Shown one piece after another: positions 48,140 through 62,920 of a stretch of 64,000 nucleotides of DNA. Positions within the stretch are counted from its first letter, which is position 1. Each line of letters begins with the position of its first letter. Source of the stretch: Octopus bimaculoides (lineage: Eukaryota); the NCBI RefSeq assembly GCF_001194135.2, contig NC_068989.1:19552412-19616411 (forward strand), written 5' to 3'. The notes beneath the pieces are model-generated. The model was given only the letters and a program-made list of their open reading frames with translations, did not search any database and had not been told where the DNA came from. The position numbers were made by a program, and so were the translations under genes.

Positions 48140-49337
48140 CGACGATGTAGCTGATGATCTGATTGCTAAATCTTACAGCTAACTGTTGAAATCATACATC
48201 AGTAGGTGTAATTGAACACTGATATTATCTGTGAAGTCTACCATAACCATTGACTCATTATCAGCAGCATTCCTGTGATATATATCTATCTATCTTCAGG
48301 CTTGTGATTCTGCAGTGCAACAGGAGATCCACTTACATTGCTAATACCCTCAAAATAGACATGAATATTTTAACCTCCCATTTCTACCTTCTGCAAGAAA
48401 AAAAAGTTGTTGTTTTTTTTAGCTCCAGGTCAGCCTTAATACAACAGCTCTATATCATCAAAAACATTGCAGCTGTGACCTTCCCAATCATTTTAGGGAT
48501 ATCTAGGACTATTATCCAATATAACCTTATCTTTTGAAAGACAAAAGGGTGTGATTTGAGGGATATTTTGGTCGTTATTTCTAGCAGGTTGAGTGATTGC
48601 ATAGAGACTTCTTTGTCCTGTACAAATAACTGAAAGCTGTATTATATGTTAATAATAGCAAGAACAGTATTTTACCATAAAAATTTCAAATCCTGTTGTG
48701 ATTGATTTCACTTGTTGGGACTTATTTTCATGATTGTAAAACAAACTCTTGAAGGTGTGAGGTATCATTAATTGAACTCCAAAATATTACTGGTACTTAT
48801 TTACTGCATGTGGAGGCACATGGCTTAGTGGTTAGGGTGTTGGACACATGATTGTAAGATTGTGGTTCTGATTCCTGGACTGGGCAATGCATTGTATTCT
48901 TGAGCAAAACACTTCATTTCATGTTGCTCCAGTCCACTCAGCTGGTAAAAATGAAGAATCCTGCGATGGCCCAGTGTCCCATCCAGGTGGGAACACTTAC
49001 ACCATTGAAACTGGGAAACCAGTCCTATACTCCTTATGAAGTAATGTGGATTAATTCTAAACTTACTGCCTTACCCAGGAGAGTAGCAAAACAAAGTAGG
49101 TTCCAATGCCTTTCAGCCAGAGTCAACAAGAGAGTTAGTAATGCAATTATTCAATATGCTAGAAATAGCAGCCAAATCTTTCTCAGATCACATCCTACTA
49201 CCTTAAAAAGAAGACAGAGAAAAGGTAGGTTATGTAGTGTAGCCTAAGGTTCACTATGTCAGACAATATAAAGCAAACAAAACAAAACAATACTCATGTC
49301 TTGAATGCCTTTGGTCATAACTGACTGGGAGGCTAAA

Positions 49338-49390
49338 CTGCTGCTGCTGTTGCTACAACAACAACAACAACAGCAGCAGCAGCAGCAGCA

Positions 49391-49444
<54 letters not shown>

Positions 49445-49454
49445 GCTACTACTA
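49338..49454. repeat. Compound trinucleotide microsatellite (CTG)(CAA)(CAG)(CTA)
   Basis: Direct reading. Confidence 0.95.
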
Positions 49455-50319
49455 TAGAATAATTTGGTATTCATTTTGAAAACAAGTCTTAAGAGTTGCT
49501 TTCACTTTTCCTCCCCACCTCTCCCTTTCATCTGTCTGTCTATCTGTTTCAGTTCTTCCAATCCTTTCCAGTACTCTAGTATATTACTGGTATTTGGTTA
49601 GTCAGCCCTTGACAGGTGGTGGTCTTTGAAATTTAAATTGAAGATGTAGATTGTTTATTGTATAACACCACATAGAATTGTGTAATGTCTGCCCCTCACC
49701 TCCATCACTACCAATATATACTAAATGATCTAGTCCTTTGTAGAACTAGACTGCTATCTAAGAATGTCATTATTTGTCAACTGTGAGTCAGAATCAATAT
49801 TGATATTTATGACTCAGATAGTAGTTCTAATGCGACAGTATTTTCAATATGGAATCATATTCTAAATGGAATGCAAACTGTTAAATCAAACTTGCCTGAG
49901 ACACAGTCTTCATGAAGAAATTCTCTCTGGAAGTTTCAAATCTCAAGAGTATTTGAACTGAAGCCATTCTGTCACTTTAACTGGAATTGTAACATTGAAC
50001 CTTTTATTGAGGATAATTGCCACAACATAACATGGCAAATACTATAGAGAAAATATTTTGCTAACAATCATCTATGACTTTGTTTTGTAGACATTTCACT
50101 TCTCTTGTATTATTTCTCAGGGCTGTGAGAAAAATCTGATCAACGTCTAATAATCTCGTTTCCTCTACTTCCAAGTAAATCTGACACTTTGAGCCATTAT
50201 AAGAAATCAATATTGGTGACTCATGTAGACAATAGTATTGATTGTTTGGAGTTGGTGGAATTAGAAGAAATGGTGGAGCACCAGACTACTTATTCCTTTT
50301 ATTATTCAACTTCACTGTT

Positions 50320-51112
50320 CTAATTCTGAGTTCAAATCCTGCCATTATTGGTTTCAAGTTTTGGTACAAGGCTAGTGATTTCAGGGGAGGGGGTTAAGTT
50401 GATTACATTGATCCCAGTTTTCAAATGGTGCTAATTTTATCAACCTTGAAAGGATGAAAGGCTAAGTTGACTTTGGTGGCTCTTGAACTCAGAACATAAA
50501 AAAGGGATGAAATACTACTAAGCATTTTTGCCAGCATGCTAACGATTCTGCTGGCTTACTGCCTTAAATCATGCCATTATTGACTTTGGTAAGGTGGTGA
50601 GCTGGCAGAATTGTTAACATGCTGGGTAAAACGCTTAGCAGCATTTTGTCTGTCTTTATGTTCTGAGTTCAAATTCCACCAAGGTCACCTTTGCCTTTCA
50701 TCCTGTTGGGGTCAATAAAATAAGAACCAATTGAATACTGGGGTCAATGTAATTGACTAGTTTCCTCCCACCAAATTTCAGGCCTTGTACCTGAAATTAG
50801 GAAGGATTATTGACTTTGGTTTCTATCTATTCAGGGCCAATAAGATAAATTCTAGTGATATAATAAGTGATATAATAATAGGGTGGTGAGATGGCAGAAT
50901 CATTAGCACGCCAGATGACACGCTAAGCGCTATTTTGTCTTCCGTTACGTTCTGAGTTCAAATTCCGCTGAGGTCGACTTTGCCTTTCATCCTTTCAGGG
51001 TCGATTAAATAAGTACCAGTTACGCACTGGGGTCGATGTGATCGACTTAATCCCTTTGTCTGTCCTTGTTTGTCCCCTCTATGTTTAGCCCCCAGTGGAC
51101 AATAAAGAAATA
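50320..51112. mobile_element. Nested cluster of four Meta-domain-like SINEs
   Basis: An old copy is split by a minus copy (TSD tgccattattg) and a plus copy (TSD attattgactttggt). A young plus copy follows at 50881-51112 (TSD gatataataagt). Confidence 0.8.
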
Positions 51113-51463
51113 GATATAATAAGTAAAGTCAATAGATTGTTCCCTCCTTTGTAACAGTTGGCCTGATATTCTAGTCACCTGAAATGAAACATGTTTTAAA
51201 GGAGACAAGGAAAAATCTGAAGTGATAAGATTGGGTCAAGACTAGATGACTAGATAGAACATTTAATTCCAAAGGGCAGCTAATCACATATTTAAGTAAT
51301 TAAAGAGTGGTTTTGAATATTTCAAATGTTTTCAACGTTAAAGATAGCCTAATTATATCATTGAGCCTAATTATATCATTGAAACCTACAATGGTTATTT
51401 GTGGTGAACTGCTATTTATAATTAAATTATCAATTAATATAACTTCTTGTTCCACTTAATGTT

Positions 51464-51577
51464 TTTAATGAACATTCTATGAAAGCATTAGTTCTTGTCC
51501 AGTTACCATAGTTAAGCAACATTGAGCCTAGCTAGAACTTAGATTGGTGCCTACTTGGGAAATGTAGGTACTGTAAG
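51464..51577 (+). pseudogene. Degenerate 5S rRNA copy (pseudogene or SINE3 head)
   Basis: tgaaagcattagttcttgtccagttaccatagttaagcaacattgagcctagctagaacttagattggtgcctacttgggaa...tactgtaag aligns colinearly with animal 5S as I recall it (TGAAAACACCGGTTCTCGTCCGATCACCGAAGTTAAGCAACGTCGAGCC...TACTTGGATGGGTGACCGCCTGGGAA). Confidence 0.75.
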
Positions 51578-52728
51578 AAAAACTGTTAGTTACTGGTGGT
51601 GCTGTCTGGATGAAATCAATAATAGATGATAAAATAAGATAATAAATTCTTAATTTAGTTGCTATAGGGCCAGTAAGCAAATGCTAAGATTTTATTCTAC
51701 TTATCTTCATCATCATTTAACGTCCACTTTCTATGCTGGCAATGGACTGAATGGTTTGACAGGAGCTGGTAAACCAGAGAACAGCACCAAGCTATACTGT
51801 CTGTTTTAGAGATGGAGGTTAATAAAGCGTAAACATCTAGAGTTTTTCACCATGCTTGCTTGACTAATAATGTTAGCTAATGTATAATATTTTTCTTTAT
51901 TACCTGATTTAATCATACTACAGTTATTATTTCTAATTAACTAATTATTGAAAATTATCAGTCATGTTTTACTGGTTAGAACATTATCTGGCAAGAAAAA
52001 TATTTTAAGGAGGAGGGAAAATGATAAATTGTAATACTGACTGGATTTGATGGTGCTTAAACATTACCTTGACTGAAACATGTTTTAAAGGGTCAGGAGA
52101 AACGACTCTTTAAAGGGTTAAGGAAATGCTGTAATATTGATTCCTAATACTGATACAAGGTCATGTATGTCGAAGGAGGGCTATAATCAATAAAATCTAT
52201 CTTAGTACTTGACTGGTATTTTATTTCATCAGCCCTGAAAGGATAAAGGGCAAAGTCACCCTCAGCAGGATTTGAACTCAGAATGTAAAGTGTCATAACT
52301 AAATACTGTAATTAATATTTTCTCCAAGATACTAAAGATTCTACCAATCCACCATGCTTCAAAATGCTAGATTGGAGAGAAGAACATTAACTGAAAATAA
52401 CATGTTTTCATAGAGAGAAGAATGTGAAGTAGCATTATCCATAGTGCTTTAGTAACAACATGCATGGAATAAAATGGTTTCAAGTGAAAAATTAAAATAG
52501 GTCAAGGATTTAAATTACAAATGATATTAATTTTTCTTAACAATGTTTGTTGTGTATAGAAAAATAATAAATAATTGGTGACTTGTTACTATGTATCTTT
52601 GTCAATTTCACCAATATAATTGTTTTAATTAGTGCATAGAGAAAATACATAAATAGATGAATAAAAAGATCACAATAAAGGTTATATATTCATTTATGTG
52701 TATGTGTGTGTCTGCAATGCCAGCAAAT

Positions 52729-52805
<77 letters not shown>

Positions 52806-52939
52806 NNNNNNNNNNNNNNNNNNNNNNNNNNNNNNNNNNNNNNNNNNNNNNNNNNNNNNNNNNNNNNNNNNNNNNNNNNNNNNNNNNNNNNNNNNNNNNN
52901 NNNNNNNNNNNNNNNNNNNNNNNNNNNNNNNNNNNNNNN

Positions 52940-53010
<71 letters not shown>

Positions 53011-53138
53011 TATACACACACACATATTGGCTGTATATACCTGTCTCCTAGTCTCCCTTCTGACTACCTGGTACAGTTCCCTGCTACTCCCACTCTTCCA
53101 GGTTTTGCAGATTATTGCTGTCTCCCCATGTACTCCCA

Positions 53139-53345
53139 TCAACCATCATCAGCTCCAAACGTCCATCCATGACCCCTTAGGTGGCTTTTAAGTCCAGCAT
53201 TAGATTTGCAGGGTCTGCAGCAAACGTGACAGACAAAAGATGAGCCCTCTATTGGATTTATAGGGTCAGCTTGTGGGATGCCATCATTATGTACTTTCAT
53301 ATGCCTTTTAAGACAAGATATTGATTTGCAGATCTTTTTGCACAC
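53139..53345 (-). mobile_element. Two C2H2 zinc fingers, probably the C-terminus of a LINE ORF2
   Basis: CKKICKSISCLKRHMKVH and CHVCCRPCKSNAGLKSHLRGH. There is no TGEKP linker and no splice acceptor, and the 5' side abuts microsatellite. Confidence 0.5.
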
Positions 53346-53371
53346 CACACATGCATGCATGCAGGCATGCA

Positions 53372-53475
<104 letters not shown>

Positions 53476-56154
53476 CTCTTTTACTCTTTAACTTGTTTCA
53501 GTCATTTGACTGCAGCCATGCTGGAGCACCGCCTTTAGTCGAGCAAATAGACCCCAGGACTTATTCTTTGTAAGCCTAGNNNNNNNNNNNNNNNNNNNNN
53601 NNNNNNNNNNNNNNNNNNNNNNNNNNNNNNNNNNNNNNNNNNNNNNNNNNNNNNNNNNNNNNNNNNNNNNNNNNNNNNNNNNNNNNNNNNNNNNNNNNNN
53701 NNNNNNNNNNNNNNNNNNNNNNNNNNNNNNNNNNNNNNNNNNNNNNNNNNNNNNNNNNNNNNNNNNNNNNNNNNNNNNNNNNNNNNNNNNNNNNNNNNNN
53801 NNNNNNNNNNNNNNNNNNNNNNNNNNNNNNNNNNNNNNNNNNNNNNNNNNNNNNNNNNNNNNNNNNNNNNNNNNNNNNNNNNNNNNNNNNNNNNNNNNNN
53901 NNNNNNNNNNNNNNNNNNNNNNNNNNNNNNNNNNNNNNNNNNNNNNNNNNNNNNNNNNNNNNNNNNNNNNNNNNNNNNNNNNNNNNNNNNNNNNNNNNNN
54001 NNNNNNNNNNNNNNNNNNNNNNNNNNNATACATATATACAATGGGTTTCTTTCAGTTTCCGTCTACCAAATCCACTCACAAGGCTTTGGTCGGCCCGAGG
54101 CTATAGTAGAAGACACTTGCCCAAGGTGCCACGCAGTATATAAAATATACACACACACAATTGAGCTTCACACAGCTTCTGTTTAATAAAATCCTTTCAT
54201 AAGTCATTATATGTTGATGATGATGATGATGACAATGACAATGATGATGATAATTATGATGATTGCATACATCTCATCTCAAGGGCATACATATGTATGT
54301 CTGAGTGTGTATTTGTCTGTATGCGTGCGAATGCATATAGGATAAAATGTTATAATGGGTACACCCAATGCTGTTGTTTAACTCTGAGTTACATAGTGTT
54401 AAGTAGATGCGAGATGAAAACAGGATGTCAGAATGTCACAGGTAACATTTCTGGAAGATCTGCTACATATGCCACGCAATGAGGTATGTACAATGAAGTT
54501 CAGGACATATATACACACTGATATATACATATGTATGTATGTATGTATGTATATGCATGTACACACACATACACACATGTAGAAAAGAGCATACGCAAAT
54601 GCACAAACTTTAAAAAACGTATATATTCAGAAACATACAATTGACAACACATATCCACATACATACACACATACAAATGAGAGCACACATACTCAGAAAG
54701 ATACACACACATATACACATATCCTCATCCAATACACACACACACACACACACACACTCACACACCAACACAGAAAAAAAAAAAAAAAAAAAAAAAATTA
54801 AAAACATACACACACCCACATGCAAATGCACATGTACAAATACACACACACAAACACACATGAGAACACTCACCCACACACTGATGAAAAGACACACATA
54901 CTGAAACAGAGATACTCAGCCACTCTAACAGTTATGTCTCTATACACATACATACACATTTCAGCCACGCACATGCAAGTTGTCTACTCCAATCTGAAAA
55001 CTCTATCTAGGAGTTAACCTTTCACTCTAACTAGTACTTGAGTTCAGATATAGTGTCCTTATCTGATATAAGTCAAATATGTGGTGGTGGGGGTGATGGA
55101 GAGGATGGTGGCAGCAATGGGGTTATCTGCATGGTCATGTGATATATGGTATCCCTAATGTACTGCAAGTTAAGTCACTGGGGCTATATTGCTTTATAAT
55201 AGTGCTTCTCATAGAATGATGCAGGCCTTCCCGGTGTGGTGCTTTGAGAACTGAAAAAGAGGTCAACAAATATCTATGTTTAATGAAATTAAGATGGTTT
55301 TGAAACTTTTATAACTTGTCCAACATAACAGTGACAGAAGATGAATTATATGGATACAAACTCTATTTTGTTTTCTCATTGGTAAAGCGGAGGTGAGCTG
55401 GCAGAATTGTTAGCACTCTAGACCAAATGCTGGACCAGTGGCATTTCATTTGTCTGTCTGTTTTGAGTTCAAATTCTGCCAAGGTCAACTTTACCTCTCA
55501 TCCTTTTGGAATTGATAAATAAGTACCAGTTGAGCACTGGTATCGATATAATCAACTAACTCCTTTCTCTAAAATTTCAGGTCTTGTGCTTATAGTAAAA
55601 AAGAATTATTAAAGAGGAAAGGTGAGGATGGGTGAAAATCTCCACAATATTTTTGTGGTAGTGCATGTGGGGGTACTGACATTGGTCAATTATGGGGTCT
55701 AGAGCTTTTCTGCCATCCATCATCTACTCCAATAACTGTAATTCCTGAAAGTGAACAAGACTTCAAAATTAGAGAGACAAAGCGTTGTCCATTTAACCAA
55801 TCCCAATTCCTGTGTAGTATTTGTTTTATCAACTCTGGAATGGTCGAAGTAGCAAGGGACCTCTTCATGGTTAGTCAAGCTTGCTATAAAATACCAACCA
55901 AATATCCCCAATTCAAATTAGTTAATGTGGTCCCAAATTCTCTGTATATAGGAAGTAGACATGTATACAGAAATTGTCATGGCTGGAATGTCTTTGATCA
56001 TAGGTTTGTAAGAAGAGGGCTTACCTGGGCTAAAGAAAAACAGTTCTGGAAGGATCAAATCAAAGGTAAACCTACTTTGATGGGATTTGAGCTCAGAATA
56101 TAACGGGTAATAACTAAATATAAATCAGTTGAGCCTGATACTCCACCATTTCTC

Positions 56155-56385
56155 ATTTCTTTATTGCTCATAAGGAGCTAAACATAGAGGGGACAAACAA
56201 GGACAGACAAAGGGATTAAGTCGATTACATCGACCCCAGTGTGTAACTGGTACTTTATTTATCGACCCTGAAAGGATGAAAGGCAAAGTTGACCTCAGCG
56301 GAATTTGAACTCAGAACGTAACGGCAGATGAAATACTGCTAAGCATTTCGCCTGGTGTGCTAACGTTTCTACCATTTCTGCCATC
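56155..56385 (-). mobile_element. Meta-domain-like SINE
   Basis: Matches the 13724-13940 and 50881-51112 copies. Confidence 0.85.
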
Positions 56386-57151
56386 TAGGAGCCATGATGG
56401 ATGGATTACTAAAACTAGTATCTGTCAAATGGTGAGAGAAAGGGATCAATCTCCCATGCAAATTATATGTAATAATATCATCCTCATAGCTCTGCTCATC
56501 ATCACCAGTAGCAGGATAAAAACAAGCAGCAGCAGCATCTGCAGAAGCATCATTATCAACATCCAAGAAAAAGCCTGTACATCAGGCATGGGAAACATTT
56601 CACAACCCTTTTCAAGAAGCTGGTCATGTGAGACATGACACATTGTCAGGTGGACCATCATCACCATTTGACGTCCATTTTTCCATGCTGGCATGGGTTG
56701 GATGGTTTGACATGAGCTGACCAACTGTAGAGCTGCATCAGGTGCCAATTGTCTGTTTTGGCAATATTTCTACTGCTGGATGCTCTTCATAATGCCAACC
56801 ACTTTACAAAGTGTACAAGGTTGTTTTTACGTGGTACCTGCACTAGTGCTTTATACATGGCACCAGTATGGGTGCTTTTTACATGGTACCGAAATGGGTG
56901 CTTTTTATGTGGCAAAAAATTCACAATAATTATCTATTAGGCACATCATTTAGCTTGCCTATGATTATCTTTCTTTTTACTTGTTTCAGTTATTAGACTG
57001 CGGCCATGCTGGGGCATGCCTTGAAGAATTTTTTTTAAAGCCTGGTACTTATTCTATTGGTCTCTTTTGCCGAACCACTAAGTTACGGTGACATAAACAC
57101 ACCAACATTAGTTGCCAAGTGTTAGTGGGGGATCCATCCATTATATATATA

Positions 57152-57183
<32 letters not shown>

Positions 57184-59945
57184 AATATATATATATACGA
57201 TAAGATTCTTTCAGTTTCTGTGTACCAAATCCACTCACAAGGCTTTGGTCAACTTGAGGCTATAGCAGAAGACACTAGCTCATGATGTCACACAGTGAGA
57301 CTGAACCCGGAACCATGTGGTTGGGAAGCAAACGTCTTACCACACATCCACACCTGTGTCTACTGTACATGTTTGTATAATCAGCTAGAAATCCCACACT
57401 ATCATTTTGAAAACAGGAAGACACATTGTATACAAAACATGGAATGATAACAGCTGGAATGCCTTTCATTGTAAGTCTGACTTTAGGCCGAACATAGCAA
57501 CAACAAAAGCATCACTTTCCTCCCTTCCCACTATTTTTTTTGCTCTCTTTCACCTCCATTGATCCCTGCTATCAAATGATGTTGGATTTCAGAAAATTTG
57601 AATATTTCAGCGAATTGTCTGCGCAGATGATTTTTACTCTTAGATAACTCTTATTCGACCATAATGTTGTGGCAGTGGTGGTGGCATCGTGTTGGCAATG
57701 CTGATGATGGTGGTAGGGACAGTGGTAGGGGTGATGGCGGTGGTGATGATGATGACACCCTACTTCTACAAACACATGAATGGCAGACACAGTAGTGTGA
57801 CATTAAAAAAAAAAAAAATCCTAGGACTAAGTCAAGGAAACAATTTCAGATCTTGGATGGAACTGTGCAATCTATATTGAGAGTGTCTTTCAAAAAGGCA
57901 TGAAGGTCATCACATTATGTTGTTCCTCACAAAAATGAGCCTAATAATAGAAATATAAGGTATTAGAATGACAGAAACAGTAGCTATTTAATTTATTTTA
58001 AAATTAATTTTATAACTCAATTAGTGAATATAACACCAGATTACCATACTCAACCATCAGATCTTTTATCTTTTATTTTTTTACTTGTTTCAGTCATTAG
58101 ACTCTGGCCATGCAGGAGCACTGCCATCAGGAATTTTAGTCGAATGAATCGACCCCAATATTTTCCCATCAAGCCTTTCTGCTGAACAGCTAAGTTATGG
58201 GGATGTAAACACACCAGCACTGGTTGTCAAGTGGTGGTAAGAGACAAGTACAGATGCAATGACATTTGTAGATATATATGTATCTGATGGGCTTCTTTCA
58301 GTTTCCGTCTACCGAATCCACTCACAAGGATTTGGTTGACCTGAGGCTATACCAGAAGACACTCGCCCAAGGTGCCATGCAGTGGGACTGAACCTGGAAC
58401 CATGTGGTTGGGAAACAAACTTCTTACTACATAGTCACTCCTGTTTCAACAATATTGAAGATTACAATATGACCCTCCACCAGATGGAGTTCTAGACCTG
58501 TAGTCATTTGACCAAGTACCTATGAGCAATAGGTTCCCTTAACGAATGCTGACCTAGAGTAATGATTATTTATTGGTTGTATATATGTATGTGTATGTGT
58601 TTGTCCCCTGCCACTGCTTGACAACCGACGTTGGTGTGTTTACGTCCCTGTAACTTAGCAGTTCAGCAAAAGAGACTGATGGAATAAGTACCAGGCTTAA
58701 AAATAGAAAAAAAGCACTGGGGTCAATTTATTCAACTAAAATTCTTTATGGTAGTGCCCCAGTATGGCCGCAGTCAAATGACTGAAATAAGTAAAAAAAC
58801 TAAAAGAATCAAAGAATCTGTTTTCCATGCTGGTATGGGTTGGATGAATTGACAGGGACTGATATGGCCAGGGGCCACACCGAGTTCTGTAGTCTGTTTT
58901 AGCTTGGTTTCTATAGCTGGATGCCCTCCTTAACACCAACCACTTTATAGTGTACTGGATGCTTTTAACGTGGCACCATCACCAGCGCTAAAGAAACAGG
59001 TAAAAAAAAACAAAAAACAAATGATATCAAATCAGCTCTTTGTGAGTTTACAATTAAACAGTGGATCTCTCGCACCTAAAATATTTAACAAAATAAAAAG
59101 AAATTAGTAAAAAAATTAGAGAGGGAAAACAACGTTGATAAATTCATTTTAAATGAGACCTTGAAATGTTTAAGTAGAGTAGAAATAACTTTGAGCAAAA
59201 TTACTTGCCTGTTGTCTTCAATTAAAATGTCTTCAGTTAAGATATGCGTTGTATACCCAATGATTTTCTGTCTCACTCATTCGACTCTGCAAGCTATTTC
59301 TATAGAACTTTGTTACTTCATAAGGCAGGTTAACCAAGTTTAATTGTCTCTTGTGGTAAATAAACAGTTTATAAATGAAGCTCTTCTTGTTGACTAATTA
59401 ATTGTATGTTTGTATATCTTTCGTTTTTCTTTGTTGGGGACGAGACAACATATCTCCAGTGCTGGTGCTATGATAAATTGCACCCAACATACTTTGTAAA
59501 GTGGTTGGCGTTAAGAATGAGATTCAACCAAGTCAGGCCAAAAAAAAAAAAAAAAAAANNNNNNNNNNNNNNNNNNNNNNNNNNNNNNNNNNNNNNNNNN
59601 NNNNNNNNNNNNNNNNNNNNNNNNNNNNNNNNNNNNNNNNNNNNNNNNNNNNNNNNNNNNNNNNNNNNNNNNNNNNNNNNNNNNNNNNNNNNNNNNNNNN
59701 NNNNNNNNNNNNNNNNNNNNNNNNNNNNNNNNNNNNNNNNNNNNNNNNNNNNNNNNNNNNNNNNNNNNNNNNATATATATATAATTATGTGTATTTCTTC
59801 TATCTTAATGAATAAAAATTCTTCTGATAGAATAAATGGGTTAATAGAAACCAATGTAGCAAAGAACACAAAATAACTGTGGTTTAGTTCCATCACGTCA
59901 TAACCTTATCCATCTATTGTTTTCATAATCGGTCATAATGTCTTA

Positions 59946-60338
59946 CGTTGAAGAAAGTTTTGTTGTTGCATGACAGTGCCTGTCCACACACAGACACCCA
60001 GACTGTTGAAACCATTAACCAATTGGGTCTTGAGGTGCTGGAACACCCTGCCTAGATCTTGCCCCTTCCAACTATCATCTCTTTGGCCCTCTCAAAGATG
60101 GTTTATGAGGTCATTGATTTCCTACAGATGAAGATGTGAAGGAAGTAGTGCATAAATGGTTGCACGACCAACCAAAAAACCTTCTTCTTGGAGGGAATGC
60201 GCAAGCTTGTGGACCACTGGAACAAATGCATCGAAAAGGAAGGACACTATTTAGAAAAATAATGAACTTGTTTATCTCCTGCTTTTGTGTAAATACATTG
60301 AAAAAATAAGAGTACGTATAATTTCTGACTCTTCTTCA
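59946..60338 (+). mobile_element. Mariner transposase 3' half relic and terminal repeat
   Basis: KKVLLLHDSACPH...LEVLEHP..DLAPSNYHLFGPLKD...WNKCIEKEGHYLEK*, ending in ...tca|TA. Confidence 0.85.
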
Positions 60339-60502
60339 TATATTGTGTGTGAGTGTGCATAAATGATATCTGAGTATGATGTGATACTCTGACATGTCTA
60401 ATAGGACAGTAACTCTGAATAAGTACTTGACATAGATTGTGACAAAACAGACTAACCTATGCCAGATGGGAAACAGACAAAACTATGATGATGATAATGA
60501 TA

Positions 60503-60554
<52 letters not shown>

Positions 60555-61213
60555 GTATTATGGAGTGCTAAGTACACTCCCAGTTAAATTACTTTGCTTC
60601 TCCTTCATACTTATGATTTCCAATGAAATGAATCAGAGAGAGAGAGGGAAAGAGAATGTGTGAAAGAATCGGAAAGAGGGAGAGAGAGTAAAAAAGAGAA
60701 AGAGTGAAGGAGAGATGGCTTGTAAGTAAACTGAACTGTTGTTCACATACAAAGTCAAAGCCTTCATATAACACAATATAACAAATGACTGATTTCAGTT
60801 ATTCAATTGTATTGAAGTCCAGGCACAAGCTTAAAGGGTTTTTAGTCAATTGTATTGACTTGAGTAGTTTGACAGGTACTTATTGTTTTGTGTTGATATC
60901 TATAAAATGCCAGAGTCCACCATAGTTAAATTCCTTTGGAGCAGTGGCCCTCAATTTCTTTGACTTCATAATGCAAAATATTACACAAAATATCGCTATG
61001 GTGCAAGCATGGCTGTAGGTTTAAGAAACTTACTTCTCAACAACATGGTTTTAGATTCAGTTCCACAGGGGTTACACCTTGGGTAAATGTCTTCTGCTAT
61101 AGACCAGCCCTGGACTGACCAAAGTCTTGCAAGTAAATTTGATAGAAAGAAACTTGTCATACACACATACACACACATGCACACATGCACGCATGCACAC
61201 ACACACACACATA

Positions 61214-61426
61214 TGAAGAGGTACTGAAAAGTTCCTGGTTTTGGGTAAAAGAAAATGCAGGAGGATCAGTTAATTATAATTCTGTTCAACATATTTTCCT
61301 CTTGGATTTACACACTTATTGCAGTGGTCCTTCAGTTTTTCTAAGCCCTGTAAAAGAACTCAGAAGGTTGGGCCTCCAACCAGGCGTTTTGTGATACTCT
61401 TAAAGCCAGGAACTTTTTAGCTCCTC

Positions 61427-61430
<4 letters not shown>
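61214..61430. mobile_element. Mariner-derived MITE (217 bp)
   Basis: TIRs tgaagaggtactgaaaagttcctgg / ccaggaactttttagctcctcctca with TA flanks. Confidence 0.85.
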
Positions 61431-61462
<32 letters not shown>

Positions 61463-61469
61463 GTATATA

Positions 61470-62120
61470 TACTGACTTAAAAGCCACCCATTAGGGCGGC
61501 TTTTAAGCTAGTATACAGCTTTTAAGCAACTGACCCTGAATGGGAAGATCTGCAAACAGATCTCTGATTTGTTTTGGAGAATTTCATGCAATTGCTTCCT
61601 CTAGAGTCGCAAAAAGTCATGTTAAAAAAATTGTCGAAAACAATCACAGTAATGAAAACTTGGGAACCTCAAATTTCAGGATTGTGGGTCTGGATTTGGC
61701 CTGGAATGTCTTTAATTTACTCATGGAGTTAGCCTGATTCCAAAATGGTATGATATGTTGGCTATGGCCTCTAGGAGTAAAGTTGAAAAAGTGTGACACA
61801 CTGACACACTGACATTCACATTTATTATATTATATTATATTATATTATTATATTAAGGCGGTGAGCTGGCAGAATCATTAGCATGCCGGGCAAAATGCTT
61901 AGTGGTAGTTCATCTGCCATTAGGTTTTGAGTTTGAATTCTGCCAAGGTCGACTTTGCCTTTCATCCTTTTGGGGTTGATAAAATTAGTACCAGTTGCGT
62001 ACTGGGGTCGATATAATTGACTTAATCCTTACCTCCAAAATTTAAGGCATGTGCTTCCAGTAGAAAGGATTTCTTAAGGTTGAAAAAGTGTGACACACTG
62101 ACGTTTATTATATTAGATAT
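61470..62120 (+). mobile_element. Helitron/Helentron-like element with a SINE (~61855-62075) in its 3' part
   Basis: 5' hairpin cttaaaagccaccc-atta-gggcggcttttaag. The 3' motif gttgaaaaagtgtgacacactgac...tttattata is repeated on both sides of the SINE. Confidence 0.45.
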
Positions 62121-62920
62121 GTTTAATTTTGGGGAAACTTTATTTCAATTAAAGTGTATTTTTTTTATATATGTGTGTATGTGTGTATGTATATATATAT
62201 GTATTAAAGAAAGCAAAAAATGAAATGAAAATGATAGTGTTCAGTATGTTGGCAACAGGAATTTCTGTCAAAGAGACATGGTTAAACAAAGTTGTACATC
62301 ATCTCCCTCTTTCTCTCTCTTTTATTATTACTCACACTGCCACCATCAACACTACTACTTTTAATAAAACATCATGAACTCTCCCTAAATTTCTCTCTCT
62401 CTCTCTCTGTTGTTCTTCACCACCACCCTCACTGTCTCTATGCCTACTATTACTCTCACCCGATCATGAGGAATAGGAGGAGTGTCATTGAATAGTGAGT
62501 CCGCGAAAACATCTCTGACCATGGGGAAATATTATCTCACTTGGAAACAGGCAAGAGTTGGTGACAGGAAGGGCATCCAGCCATAGAAAATCTGTTTCAA
62601 CAACTTCCATCCAACCCATGCAAACATTAAAATGAGGATCTTAAAATGATGATAATGATGATGACTTTTTTTTTTTAATCAAAAATTGAAAAATTACTGT
62701 TGCACTTCACATAGAAAGTTAAAATTAACTGGCAATTAACTTTGCTTGGAATGTTAATCTTTTGCCTGTCCAAAGAATTTTCATAAGCATGACCTGGATG
62801 TCTATGCTTGTTTTCAGGACTTAATTAGCTTTTGTCTCATATGTTCTGAGTAATATGAAGCCTTCATTTCATAAGTCCCAAGTTATTCTGGTGCTTAAAA
62901 AAAAAAAAAAAAAAAGGGAA

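Noticed and set aside
55636-56103. 156-codon stop-free plus-strand frame
   Set aside because: No recognisable domain and no clear splice signals. About one such frame is expected by chance in 64 kb. The minus strand has only faint pogo-like similarity.
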